In this document: positions 11,410 to 23,642 of the stretch, one piece after another
How the letters are laid out: each line of letters opens with the position of its first letter
Position numbering within the stretch: the first letter of the stretch is position 1
NCBI GenBank assembly: GCA_965153455.1
Contig: OZ234493.1
Span: 29,068,213 to 29,132,212, forward strand
Source of the DNA: Sphagnum compactum
Lineage: Eukaryota
Direction of reading: 5' to 3'
DNA length: 64,000 bases
Translations under genes and position numbers: made by a program
Notes under the pieces: generated by a model
The model's database searches: none
What the model was told of the DNA's origin: nothing
The model's input: the letters and a program-made list of their open reading frames with translations, nothing else

Positions 11410-14276
11410 CTAATTTTGGTGAGAGATTGATGCAGGCGGGGTTGTTCCTAACCTCCTTGAGAATTCCATAACAATGTCCTTCACTGATGCATAACTTGCT
11501 GCTGCTGCTGCTGTTCCATTCATATTTGCAGGAGATGACGACGACGACGACGATGCTCCTCCTCCTCCTCCTCCTCTCCTGCTGCCGCTGTGGATTTTTG
11601 CAAGCTCTTCCGCCGACCATAGCTTCCGACGATGATGATCATGATCTGCACTTGCTAATTCTGGAGACAAGGAAGACTTTCCATCGTCTTGAAGCTCGAC
11701 ATGTTCTTCATCTGCACATTGTTCCAATGCATCAGTACTATGTTCATCGACTGAGTCTTCTTCTACTACTGTAGATTGCTCTCTGATCTCCATTGTCGTT
11801 TTTGTGTTTTGGGTTGTTGCAGGATCCTGATCCGAGTTAGCAAATCTCCTGCAGATCCGTTCTTCTCCTGAAGAGATTTCTTTCCCGCTAACTGAGTCTC
11901 TCCTCCGCCTCGCGGTCGCAATCCTTCTAGGGTTTCTGAATTCCTCAATATTACTGCTGCCCTGCATGGTATCCGCCGAGTGTTGTTCCTTGTTCATCTT
12001 CGCAGTAGCGGTGCTGGAGTTTGCGCTAACTGTTTGTCTCTTCTGCACCAGCTGGCTTGATGTCGTGGTGATGGATCTGTTCCGAGTACTACAGCAGCTC
12101 CCTGAAGAGCCTTGATTGAGTACTGACTCCTGCTTGCAGGAGAGCGCCAGTCCGCTGTTCAACGGCAATCTCTTGACATTCGGGAGAGTACTGCCGTCCA
12201 GTGAGCACCTTTGAATACTGATGGCTAGTTGCGCCTTCTGGCCGGTCCCGGCCTGCTGCTGGAGTTGTTGATCATCCCGCGGATCAGCAGCAAGAGAAGT
12301 TTGTCCCGTGCTCCGGCGTCGGGAAGGGGTGAATTTGGGCGACTTGGGTCGCGTGAGTGGGATCCGCTTGAGCTCCGTTGCAGGCGGCGGAGGCTCCTGG
12401 TAGAAGCTTGGTACCGGGTTAGCCTTATATGTCAAGCTTCGACGCAGCAGTTTGAGCTGCGCTTCTTTCGCTTCCCTCGCCTCTGCGATCGCCTTCGCCT
12501 CTGCTTTCGCTTTGGCTCGCACCCGATCCTCCAACTTGTCGTAGAATTCACGTCTCCTCTCCGCCCTTTCCTCGCAACGGAACTTGAAGCTCGTGGCCTC
12601 AGTACCAATCGACGATTGTTGGCCGCTCTTCCCCTTCAATAATGGATATGCCAGCAGCTTGGTCGTTGCAGAAGCTGCGGCGGCCTCCAGCTGCGGCGAC
12701 TCCTCCGGCTTTGATCCTAGTGGCTTGGACATCCTCCTCGCAGCAGCAGTGATCGACTGTGCTTGCTGTTCTTCCAGCTGCTTGATGCAGCGTGGTCGAA
12801 CGGTTGCAGGTTTGAAGTTCTCTTGGGTGGTCGATATGCCGAGGAGTGTGTCTGCACCGACGTGAGTGTTGAACCTCCGAATGGACTTGTTGGGTAAGCT
12901 GGACTTGGAGATGCCGGCGGATGGGATCGACTGCTTAGCAGTGACAATTTTAAGCGAGGCGGCGATTGTGGGCGCGACGTATCTTGGAGACTTCGAAATT
13001 GACATTGAATGGTGATGATGATCGAGCCCTTCGACTGTGAAGAACTTGCGCGGCGGATGTTCCGGCGGTGGTGGTGATGATGATGGTGGGAGGGCGTGAA
13101 TCGAGTCGGATACGCCCGGGTATGATGCTGCGAGCGATCTTCGACGCTGGGAAGAAGAAGGGAAGAAGGATCTCGTGGGACTCAATGCTGGCGCAGTGAT
13201 CAACTGAGTCCCAGAGTTAAAACCGGAATTAGGTTTCCGATCATTGCCGGCAGCAGCCAGTGAATCAGCAGCTCCTGAGTCCAGCTGCTTGGAGTGCACC
13301 TTGATGGCTTTGAGCTGCTTCACATGCGCCTCGGCTGTCGAGGATGCCGCCGGAGGGACCACCTTGGGACTCACACAGGAAGAATTGCCGACGCTTAAAG
13401 CCCTTCTGGGTGGAGTCCGATTAGTATTTGGAGGAGTCGAGCCCGGCTTCTCGTGCAGCAGCTCCGTCGACCCAAACTGACTGCCATTCATCTGGTTCTT
13501 CTTGAGATCCAGATCGAGTACAGCTGCTTCCTGCAGCTTCCCATTCAACGCCTTCAATACATGGGTCTCATACTCACCACCAGCTGCAGCTCTGGTACTG
13601 ATCTTCTTGAGCCCAGCTGCAGCTTCATCTGCTTTCCAGGTGGAATTCATTCCTTTCACGGCCTGTAACACCTGATGATAAGAAGCCGATTGCACGGATG
13701 ACTGATCTTCCCTAGCGGAACCCACAATCATATGCTTACTGACCTCAGCAGCCACGGGACTTGAGGCTGCTTCGATTCCCTCTGCAGGCAGCAGCACCCA
13801 ATGCTCAAGGGTCAGAGCTCTGTGTAGTGCAGGTGTCAATGCAACAGCTGGCGTCCAATGGTCGTGATGATTCTATGAAAACGAGGACCGACCGCATGTC
13901 TAGTCTTGTATGCAAGAAAAAAAGTTGCAAAGGAAAACTTCAAAGTGATGGATTGATTACTGCATAGCTGATCTAGAGTGCCAGAAGAGTTTGCAGGGGT
14001 CGGGGATCCAATGTGATGCAACGTTCAAGTACCTGCACTAGTGATCTTCGACATAGAAGCTGGTGGTGATCCTCGACCCGGCTGTTGTGCACCAGCTGCT
14101 GCTGCTTCTTCTTCTTCCGCTAACCTTGCCAACTCCTCCACAGCCCCCAGCTCTCCACCATCACCACCACCCGGGAAGTCTAATTCCGGACAGTCGGAAT
14201 CGCGATCCACAGACTGATCCGCCGCGACATCAAACCGAAAGTCGTATAAATCTTCCTGCTGATATTCATTCCCCAT
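11410..14276 (-). CDS. WVD2-like (WDL)/TPX2 C-terminal-domain microtubule-associated protein; model exon1 14276-14033, exon2 13847-11410 (~893 aa)
   Basis: 809-aa ORF contains FKFRCEERAERRREFYDKLEDR...LRRSLTYKANPVPSFY...TRPKSPK (about 12333-12594). The acidic upstream exon starting MGNEYQQED ends at G|GTACTT. The phase-compatible acceptor CCAG|CT at 13848 is inferred. Confidence 0.85.
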
Positions 14277-14580
14277 ACTCAAACTGATCCCGCGAAGTCC
14301 CACAGCAAACAAAACCAAAAAAGAAAACAACAAACAACAAACAAAAAATAGGAGAAAAACAAGAACAAAAAGAGCAGAAAAATAAAGACGCTGCAAGTAC
14401 AGCGAAGAATTTTTGATTGCTTTCAAGAGACAGACAGACAGACCTCGGCAGATTGATACCCACCTGGATTTGAAGGAAAAACGCGGCCGGGAGTATGCAA
14501 AGATCTCGACAACATACACGAAGTTCTTGTGGGAATCCAGGAGCTTACAAACGGAGTATGAAGAAGCTTGGCTCTCAGTG

Positions 14581-14760
14581 CGAGAATACGTACGTATGAA
14601 TAGAAAAGAGCGCGAATACGTACGTATGAATTAAAAAATCTCGAATATGTACGTTTGAATTGGAAAGAGCCACGAATACGTACATATAAAAATTTTAAAT
14701 CTCGAATACATACGTATAAACAGTAAAAAGAGAGAACGAGAATACGTACATTTGAATGAA
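14581..14760. repeat. ~30-bp tandem repeat with palindromic ATACGTACGTAT core
   Basis: Six GAATA(C/T)(G/A)TAC(G/A)T(A/T)T(G/A)AA units. Confidence 0.85.
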
Positions 14761-15656
14761 AATGGGTTTGTGATGGGAGCGCGCCAGCCGAGTTATGTGG
14801 AGTTGCTCTTACAAGTGACATCTTTTTGATTTCATCATAAGTAGTTCAAAAGACCTTCGTAGAAGGGTTTAAAGAAATTCCAGTGACAAAAATTGGGAAC
14901 TGGTATATGGGGGATTTTTTCCGAATCCTTTGGATGGTCAGTCATCCATGGACCATTCCAAAGACAATTTCAGAAATAATTATCTCATTTTAAAGCTAAA
15001 TTATTTCATTTCTTTCTTGATAAAATGGAGGTAGTTATTAAAAAAAAGGTCGAAGATAGTTATTATGAAAGTGCATAGGAAAAGGTTCATAGTACCTCAC
15101 TTTTTGTCCGTGTCCACCAACATGGATATGAAAAAACAAATAACATGCGTCTTTTCATGACCATGAAATGTATATTAATTTAAATGAAATTTGACATTGA
15201 CATAAATAACGATGAATTATTGAAAACAATAACAAAAAAATAAAATAGTTGGTCATCACTGGGAGTGTGCAGCAGTGCAGAGCTCAAATAATTATATAGT
15301 TAATAAGACAATTCATACAACAGTTTACATAACTTAATTCATCATCCATGGAAAATTTCATCCATCATTTCTTTTTTTTTTCATATATATTAAATTTCAT
15401 TTATTTTGGTCCATTTTTCATCCACTTAATGAAAAAAAATTCCAAAATTGACTGATGAAGCATTTGGATGGTGGGTCAAGCTAGCTCCGTGGCACCTTTG
15501 CCTCCCTCCCCACAATATAGGTGTAAACACATCTAGTGCAAACTGCAAACCATCGCTTCATTCTCAAACATGACCTTAAAACCTAACCTTGTTCATTCTC
15601 ATGTCCATGATTCATGTTTTCTCATGTTATGGTTAGATTTCGTTTTGTGTACACAT

Positions 15657-15822
15657 CAAGGTCTGGGGCGGCAGGTTATGTCATTTTCTTGCCAGTGTTA
15701 TATGACATACTCTTCCAGTGATGATCATACACTCACAATAGCCACCAAAATCTCTGTTGAACATGGTTTTATTTTTAAATTGTTGAACCTGCCACCCCAT
15801 ACCTTAATGACATGAAATGGTC
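15657..15822. mobile_element. Second copy of the ~160-bp MITE-like repeat
   Basis: Colinear with 10106-10266 (GGCAG.T.ATGTCATTTTCTTG, TATATGACATA.TCTTCC, CTGTT.AACATG). Confidence 0.75.
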
Positions 15823-16154
15823 TCACCTTTGTCCACTATGTTGGGTGCATCACCTGGCTCACCATTACAGGCTCATCTGGCACCTTATCTGACATAACAC
15901 GCAGGGGCTCGACCATTCCAAGCCAAGAGGATTGCAGAAAAGACAGTGACCAATTGGTACCTCCATCTTTTGATCAACAGCCTCTCATCCAGGTCATCAC
16001 CTCTTTTAGTACTCTGTCAGGACTGTTGCACAGAACTGCATCAAAGAAGTGACATAGAAAACTTCTGTCCTAGGCATGTAACTTTTGGAGAGTATGGAGA
16101 GTTCAAGCTTGCAAAAATCACTTTATTTGACAAATAGTTCATAACTAATGCCAA

Positions 16155-19100
16155 TCAAAAGCCTGCACCACTCACAGTCTCACCTACTGTTGTACCAACA
16201 GAGGGGCCACCTGTGCGGTAGGCATATAAATGCTCAATGGCTACACCTGCAATCTTATGTGGTTTGATGCCCAATTCCAGAAACCCCATTGCTGCCCCCA
16301 CAAAGACACCACCCCACAAATATTGTGTGTGAAATTAGATCTGAAACTATGCATCCAAGCACAAAGGATATGAACATTCCAGACAAAGTCACATCCATAA
16401 ACTCTGCAGGGGCAAGGTCATGGCCAGGAATCAGGACTTTCTAAAGGCTTGACCAAATGACAATCTGAAGCACATTCAAATTCAATCATGAGACAATTCA
16501 AAGGCTACCTTCTGGAGAAACAATGTGATCAACAGCCTGCTGGTCCAAGTAGTCTTTATAGAATGTCATGGGAAAGGGAATAGGTATCCCCATGTTCATA
16601 GCCAACTCCCTTGGTATTGCTCCCAGCTGAAAATCAAAGCCCACCACCAACAACACATGTCAATCACTCCAGCAAGAAGAAACATTTCTCTTGTCACAAT
16701 GGCAACTATAGGAATCGATGACAGTGCATAGAGAGAATGACATATTGGAAGTTACCCTGGCAAGTGGCATTGGAATATGAAGTACTCTTGAGTTTTCTCG
16801 AATTGTCTCAAACATCAACTCCACCTTCAAGAATCAGATATATGCAATGAGTTTAAAAGGCTAAATGTGAGCAAATGCAATCAGCATACACCTCCAACTC
16901 AAATGACATCCAGCTGTGGCTTGCAGGAACAGTACATTGCTAAATATCCACACGCTCAGTCAGGACGGACTTAACAAGCACCGGAAATGTACATGCATAT
17001 GTGTTAGAAAGGGAATTGTTGCAAAGAAATGTACAAGTTCATTAATAGTGAAGACATCAGGTCCTCCAAGCTCAAATGTCTTGCCCATGCTGAAGCCCTG
17101 GTCTCGAATACATGCTGTGATCCCTGCTGCCACATCGACTACCAGCACTGGCTGCACCCTGTTATCCCCATCCTCACTCAAAACTGCTTCATCATTGCAT
17201 GCATGCCAATGAATACACTAAACTCAAAATAAGCAAGACTCAAATGTCTCCCACAGCAAAGGATAGCTTGCAAGCTTCGGTGTTTAATACCACACAGATA
17301 AACCAGATGGTCTCATGACAGAATCCCATACTTGGATTTGCCACCCCCAGGAAGAGGGACAAAAGGCAATTTCTTGGCTTGAGCAGCCCAACGGTTCAAC
17401 AACCGATCTTCAGTACCCACCAGTGCTCCTGACCTAATTATAGTAGCCTGCACTGTTAAAAAAGTCAGTCAGAACCTGATGAAATGAACTCAAGTAAAAA
17501 TCAGGGAGGGTTGGCCACATAGAGGAAGGGAGATGAGACCTCAGGAAAATTCTGCAGTGTCACTTCTTCAGCAGCAGCCTTTGTCCGTAACTGCTTGGAA
17601 GGAGAAGCAGCTGATGCACCAAGGCATGATATTTGAATATACTTGGAGATGCCTCCATGGTCTTTAGCCAGCTGCAACACACAAACACACATACCACCAT
17701 CCATGTAAACACAGCAGTAGAATTGTTGTATTTGCCAGCAACTCCAAATTTTTAACAGTATTGCTGTTCGTATACACTGGTGACAAGTGAATCAAAGAAT
17801 TTAACCTTAGAAATGCAATGGGCATCAGACTGCTCATGGGTCAACACGAGGTGGTGCACGTTAATGTCTAAAGCAAAACCATATCAACCACATTGGAGTA
17901 AGTTTACAATATGCACCTGTGAAAGGCGATTGGAGATCTCATAGTTAACATCTTCAAACTTGAAGTTGCGGGTCTCATATTCCCTGCCTGCATTTCAGAT
18001 TAATGTGTCAACAAACAACAACCACATAGCTCAACCACCAGAAATTTAACAACTGTAACTGTACTTTATGTGACTACCAAAAGCAATCACTTAACACAAA
18101 CAAAACAGCTTAGACTTCATGATCAGGTTATATACAAGCTGGCCTTTTGCAGGTGTAGCAAGGTTAAGATGATTTCTTACCAATGCAATTCACTATGATA
18201 TTTGAACTAGCAATAGTTGTCCTGATGGATCCTTCATCTCTAACATCATACCTCATGGGCACAATCTGGCCTCCCACACCAAAAAGTAGAGATGAGACCC
18301 CCATGAGCACACTACACTTTCAAATTCAGTTTCACTCCATGTGCAAAAAAAGAAAACAGATTAGAGACCACATGCTCAAGAAGACGACAAGAACTGATCA
18401 GAGCTTCCTGATGAAGAAAACCTCGCAATTGTCTATTAAGTATGCAAGCAACAAGGTTCAAACCTCAGTTTCAGAATTATAGATAAAAAGGAACAACACT
18501 AAAGATCACAGCACCTGCCCCAAGTCACCCATAAGCTTGAGGTGTCTCACTTCCTCATCCACACCTCTGTAGGGCACAATGACCTGTGACCCCATTTTTG
18601 CTGCCATTTCCATCCATATCAGCAACAGAAAAAACAAGCCCCAGTTTCTTTGTCCTCAGCAGAAGAGGCACAACTAGGTCTTTTCCTTCTCCCACACATG
18701 TAACAATAACTAGCCACGTAACTAGTTCCACAGTTGCCTGATTGAATATCGAAGAACTAGAGAAAAGAAATCTGAGAGTACCAAGCTGCTGAACCACATA
18801 TCGTGCTAGAAAACCAGTCGCTCCAAACACAGTGGCAACCACCCCACTACACACAATACAGGCAACAGTCCCCACCACTTGCTAAGTGTTTGGATTGCAG
18901 TTAGCACAAATGCCTAGAGTACTTCAAGAGTTGGATCATGCAGCCTCAACTTGGTACCAACATCAAGAAAATCAAACGGGAATGAAAGCTAAACACAAAG
19001 GAAACCAAGAAGGAAAGCTACATTTGGATTCATGATCCAGAAGAAAATGGATCAACACAGTACTAATTCAAAAACCCAGTAGCTCTAAGGCAGTAGAAGA

Positions 19101-20039
19101 GTTTATAGTTTAGATACCAAAAACAACACTTGTGAGAAAGTTCACCTTACAGACGACCGACCACCAGTGCCCCTTTTGCTAGGATGCACACTGCCTTTCA
19201 CAGCCAGTGATGAAGAAAAGCGCATACCCACAGTCCCGAGCTCTGCCAATAATACCCTATGAGTTAGGGTGCCACTGAGAACCCAAAATGACAGACAAGG
19301 GTAAATAACTGTTGTGGCAAACACTGTTGTAAGAATTACAGATTTCAGTAATTGACTATTTGTAGGACAATCATCCATGCAATGGACATGGTATTTGTGC
19401 TGTAATATGTAGTTTGAAAACCTAACCTTCAGCTCTCCTAGCCCCAGACACTACACCTAAAACGATCCAGCAAAACTGATGATGGCTGGCTTTCCACTGT
19501 GGAGAAAAAAATATGATGCATAAACTGAATAACTTTCTGCAGTTCTCAACAATTCTTGCAGATCTAACAGATGGTTTGCTAGATGCATTTCCTTGATCCA
19601 TTTCATCTGGAAAACCCTAGTGTGCGCATTTGAGCCAAAAACCAGTACAACAGCCCTCAGAGGTTGCAAAGCTCTCCACTGCTAAGCAAGATCGCTCTCC
19701 ACGGTGAATCTACTCAAAGGAAACATTTAGTTTCTCAATTCTCTTCCCATTTTTAGGTCAAAACGCAATCCAGAATCAGAATCAGAACCATCCAAAAGCA
19801 GAACACCAATACATATATATCTACACACAGACAGAGAATGGAGAGAGAAAGAGACAGAACATCTAGCTCACGACCTTCCGAGTTGCGGGTAAGCGACTGG
19901 ACTAAATACGTACAACACCGCAGATTTGCTTACCATGATTGCAGGACAGATCTTGGCGGATACACGGCAGACTCTCTTGCTGCAATGCTACGATCCAGGC
20001 CCGTGTGCGCACTCCCGACCGTCCCAGCATCCCGGCCAT
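16155..20039 (-). CDS. NDUFA9: NADH:ubiquinone oxidoreductase 39-kDa subunit (complex I alpha subcomplex 9), 12 exons, 401 aa
   Basis: Exons 20039-19934, 19242-19146, 18846-18782, 18600-18515, 18265-18181, 17987-17917, 17671-17540, 17447-17332, 17158-17035, 16824-16756, 16626-16509, 16291-16155. All GT-AG, summing to 1206 nt in frame. Motifs GTGGRSSVSGVVATVFGATGFL, RHLKLMGDLGQ, GREYETRNF, GTEDRLLN, FELGGPDV. Confidence 0.96.
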
Positions 20040-20476
20040 GTCGTCCTCTTGCTCCTCGTCCTCCTGTTGCCTCCTCTTCCCCCGAAAGACGCACACACAA
20101 GATGCGCACTCTCGGGACTTCCCCCAAAAACAAAGGGGACACACACAAATACACTACACAGTCCGCACGCGATGCGCATCGGTTCGCACGTTCCCAATGA
20201 CGTGCTATTTCGAGGGCACGATGTTCGCTTCTGAAAATGAAACGGTACGTATCGCCCAATATTATGATGATTGTTCGTTTCACTAAGGGAACAGGGAACT
20301 AATGCTGAAGGGTTTTCCCTGTTCCCTGTTCCCTGTTCCACCAGCAGCAAAACCGCAGTGGATGAATTTAGGGTCGTTCAATAGGTAACAATTTATCATT
20401 AACAGACTTTTCTCATTTGTAATCATAATGGTCGCCGGTAACCATGGTGGTTAGCTCAGTTGCCTTTTTCTTGTCC

Positions 20477-20620
20477 CACCTACCTACTAACAACTCCCAA
20501 GCAGGTTGTTAGTAGGTAGGTAGTAAAAACAGCCTTTACCTATGCATAAACCATCTCCTCACCTAGTAACTACTTATTTTCTTACCTATTTACTTCTATA
20601 TGAGACCTATTTCTTACATG
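20477..20620 (+). repeat. Dispersed repeat shared with 41445-41580, starting with a hairpin
   Basis: CCTACCTACTAACAAC-loop-GTTGTTAGTAGGTAGG then TAGTAAAAA..CCTTTACCTATG.ATAAACCAT...GAGACCTATTTCTTACAT, similar at both loci. Confidence 0.8.
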
Positions 20621-21720
20621 AAAATGTGTTTTTTTTTAGTTTTGTGTATTTTCTAAGTTTTTTTTCTAAAAAAATCATATTCACAAGAAAATTTTGAATA
20701 CATTTTTCATTAGTTGTTTCGTTTTAAAAAAATTGAATTTGAATTCAATTCAAATTTAATTCAAGTTGTATTATAATGTTGTTATGTCTCAATTTCATAT
20801 AGGAATGAATTAGTGTTTTTCACTTGAAAACATTTAAAATTTATTATTATTATTTTTTGGCTCCACAAGGATATTTGTTAATTTTTATTTATTTTGTGAT
20901 TTTTTAATCTTGTTGTAAATAAGGAGAATTTATTGCATGTTTACACACTGTATTATATTCTCATTATTTTTTGGTTGAAATTCATTTATATCAAAGTTAT
21001 TTCAACATTCACATCACTAATATATGAACATGCGTTGTTTAGTTAGACTTCAGATGAATAAACTGACATTGTTTAAAAGATTATTAACAAAGGAACATCT
21101 GTCAATGCAAAAGACAAGAATGAAAAAATATCTTTTGCATTTAGTATGTGAAAACAACCATGATAGAGCCATTTCAATATTTATGCATGGTATTCAACCT
21201 CATATTTATTTTATTTTTTGTTTCATAAATCATAAATTGTATAAATTTGAATGATTCCTTACAATTATGCGAATATTATGTGGGAGTTGTTTGCACAAAT
21301 GGTAAAAGGGAACAAATGTAAAAGCATGTTATGAGTTTAGCAATGATTCAATGAAAATGTGTTTGAAACACAAAACAAGAATGAAGGTTGACTATAAAAT
21401 TAAAAAATTATAATTGTGTAAAATTATGTTTTTATTACATAGATTTTAATTTTTGATAAAATGGTTTTTGTTAGGAATTTTCTGTTGACAAAAACAATAA
21501 AATCATTGTTGAAGTTATGAATTACAATAACATTGCATTCAATAAGATTAAAAAAACACCTTAACCAAAACCATGGATGCACAAGTAAATAAATATTAGC
21601 ATATTTCAAAGTAAGGGTCAAAAAGATATTCATGACCCATGGAAATGTTTTACCTCATGTAAAACACAACTATGTGCCATCTTTTGTATCCAAGACAAAA
21701 CATTAGTGCTTCCACCAATA

Positions 21721-23141
21721 TTTCCTATTTTAGATTAGACAATGCATGCCTATCACAAAGATAATTAGCGTAAAGCAACTTTTTAGTTGAAAGCACTTCA
21801 ATTAGAATTCATATGAAAAAGTTATAATCACATGAAGTTTCACACACATTTGTTCCCCGGGGAACATGGTTGCTCCTTGGGGTAATTTAGGCCTTTTTTC
21901 CTTGGGGTACATGGTTGCTCCTTGGGCCTCCCATGTGTTTGGGGGAGCAGGGGTTAAAAGTTGCTTGGGTGAGTAATCATGTTTTCCAAGGAACAAATGT
22001 GTTTGAAACTTTGTGTGATCATACCTTTTTCATATGAATTTTGATTGAAGCACTTTCAACTACAAAGTTGTAGCTTTTTTCGAAATCTTTTCAATGATAA
22101 ATCACAAGTTAATATAAAAAATCATGAGATGATTGTGATTGCAAAAATAATTGAAACATATGTTTCTTCGAGGAACTTAAGCCTTTCCTTGGGGAAAGTT
22201 CATTCTTCCTTAAGAAAATTTCTTTTTTCTTTGGGGAACAATCATGTCCCCAAAGAGAAGGAGTTTAAGTTGCTTCAAGGAACAATTTAAACTTTTTTTT
22301 CCTTGGGGAACAATCATGTCCCTAACCAAAAGGAGCTTAAGTTGCCATGGGGAACGACTTAAACCTTTTTTTCTTATCCTCATGGAATAATCATGTCCTT
22401 TGAGCAAAAAAGAATTTAAGTTGAGTTGAAGCAACTTAAAAACCTTTTTTCCTTAGGGAAAATCATGTCATAGGGGAGAAGGAGTTTAAGTTGCTCTAGG
22501 GAGCAACTTAAACCCTTTTTTCCCAAGGAACAGTCATGTCCTTGGGGAAAAGGAGTTGAAGTTGCCTTCAGGAACAACTTAGGCTTTTTTTTCCCCAAGG
22601 AACAATCGTATCCCTTGGGAGAAATGCTTAAGAGCCCCATGGGTGCAACTTAAGCCCCTTTTTCCCCAGAACATGGCTGCATTTCAATGCAATTTAAGCC
22701 CTTCCTCCTTTGGGAACATGGTTGTTCCTTAGGGAGCAACTTAATCCCCTTTCTCCTTCAGGAATATGATTATTCCCCAAGGCAACTTAAGCCCTTGCTC
22801 TCTTTAAGAACATGATTATCTTTGAAGAAATTATTCTTGAACAACTAATTTAAAAAAATTGCTAAAAGACAATTTATTTTCAAAAAAAGGTTCGAACCTA
22901 GGACCTTTGAGTTGCAAGGAGGGTTATAACCAGTGCATTAGTTTTTTCCTTTGAACATAAAATGAATAAAAAATAAATATCAAGCATTAATCATTGTGAA
23001 AATATAGTAAAAATAAATCTGAATTTTTTTTTTGTCTTGCTGGGCACTATATTATATTGTACTATAATTTCGTTGAGCCTAATGTTGCATTTAATTCATT
23101 GTTATTGTTTAGCATTTGCAGTCAAAATAACTTCCAACTAG
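21721..23141 (+). mobile_element. Candidate decayed Helitron-like element carrying a foldback and GGGAAC/TTCCC minisatellite
   Basis: Ends in CTAG|T at 23138-23142 after a degraded hairpin. Internal ~100-bp inverted arms and repeats. The 5' boundary is uncertain. Confidence 0.35.
22165..22830. repeat. Degenerate tandem repeat (about 45-60-bp units)
   Basis: Repeated CAACTTAA(A/G)CC..TTTT..CCTTGGGGAACAATCATGTCC...GGAGTTTAAGTTG units. Confidence 0.8.
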
Positions 23142-23642
23142 TGGGAATATACTCCCTAGCCTAGACATCTTTTCATTTTTATTTTATTTTTCATTTTTTT
23201 CTGTATGTTATGAGAGAAAAAAATCTGCTGTGTGTTGCATAGGGGGAAGATTTCGGATATGGTGCCTTCTGAATTTTCGGCCCCTGCCCTTAGCCTCGAT
23301 ACAAGACCTCAAATCCGAAAGGCCCCCTATATTCGGAACCTTTTCCTCTACTTGAAAAAATAAGAAAAACCTTCTAAAAACCTCTTTTAGCAAAAAACCG
23401 AAAAATTTACCTCAAGGAATACTAGAGCCCAACTCGCATTCCCTGTCTTCTCAGAGAGCCAGACAACGCTGGGGAGTTCCCAAAGTTCCCAGCCAATAAT
23501 TTGGGCACAAGTTCGCCAACTCAGTTCTCTCTCTCGCGCTCCCTTCCTCTCTCCCTCGCCGGACTCGAGGCGAAGCCGTTCTTCCGTCATCGTTGCCTGC
23601 GATTCTCGCATCATCGTCGCCTGATTCAGAAGCTGCACCGTC

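Noticed and set aside
12229..13967. Plus-strand ORFs inside the WDL exon
   Set aside because: Antisense shadows of a GC-rich coding exon.
19838..20350. Six overlapping ORFs on both strands
   Set aside because: Artefact of the GC-rich first exon and 5' UTR of NDUFA9.
22165..22830. Regular repeats and short ORFs as a CRISPR array or repeat protein
   Set aside because: Diverged minisatellite; the ORFs are short and only mirror the DNA repeat.
22885..22940. tRNA-like B-box GGTTCGAACC
   Set aside because: No cloverleaf could be formed; at most a SINE/tRNA-like relic inside a repeat.
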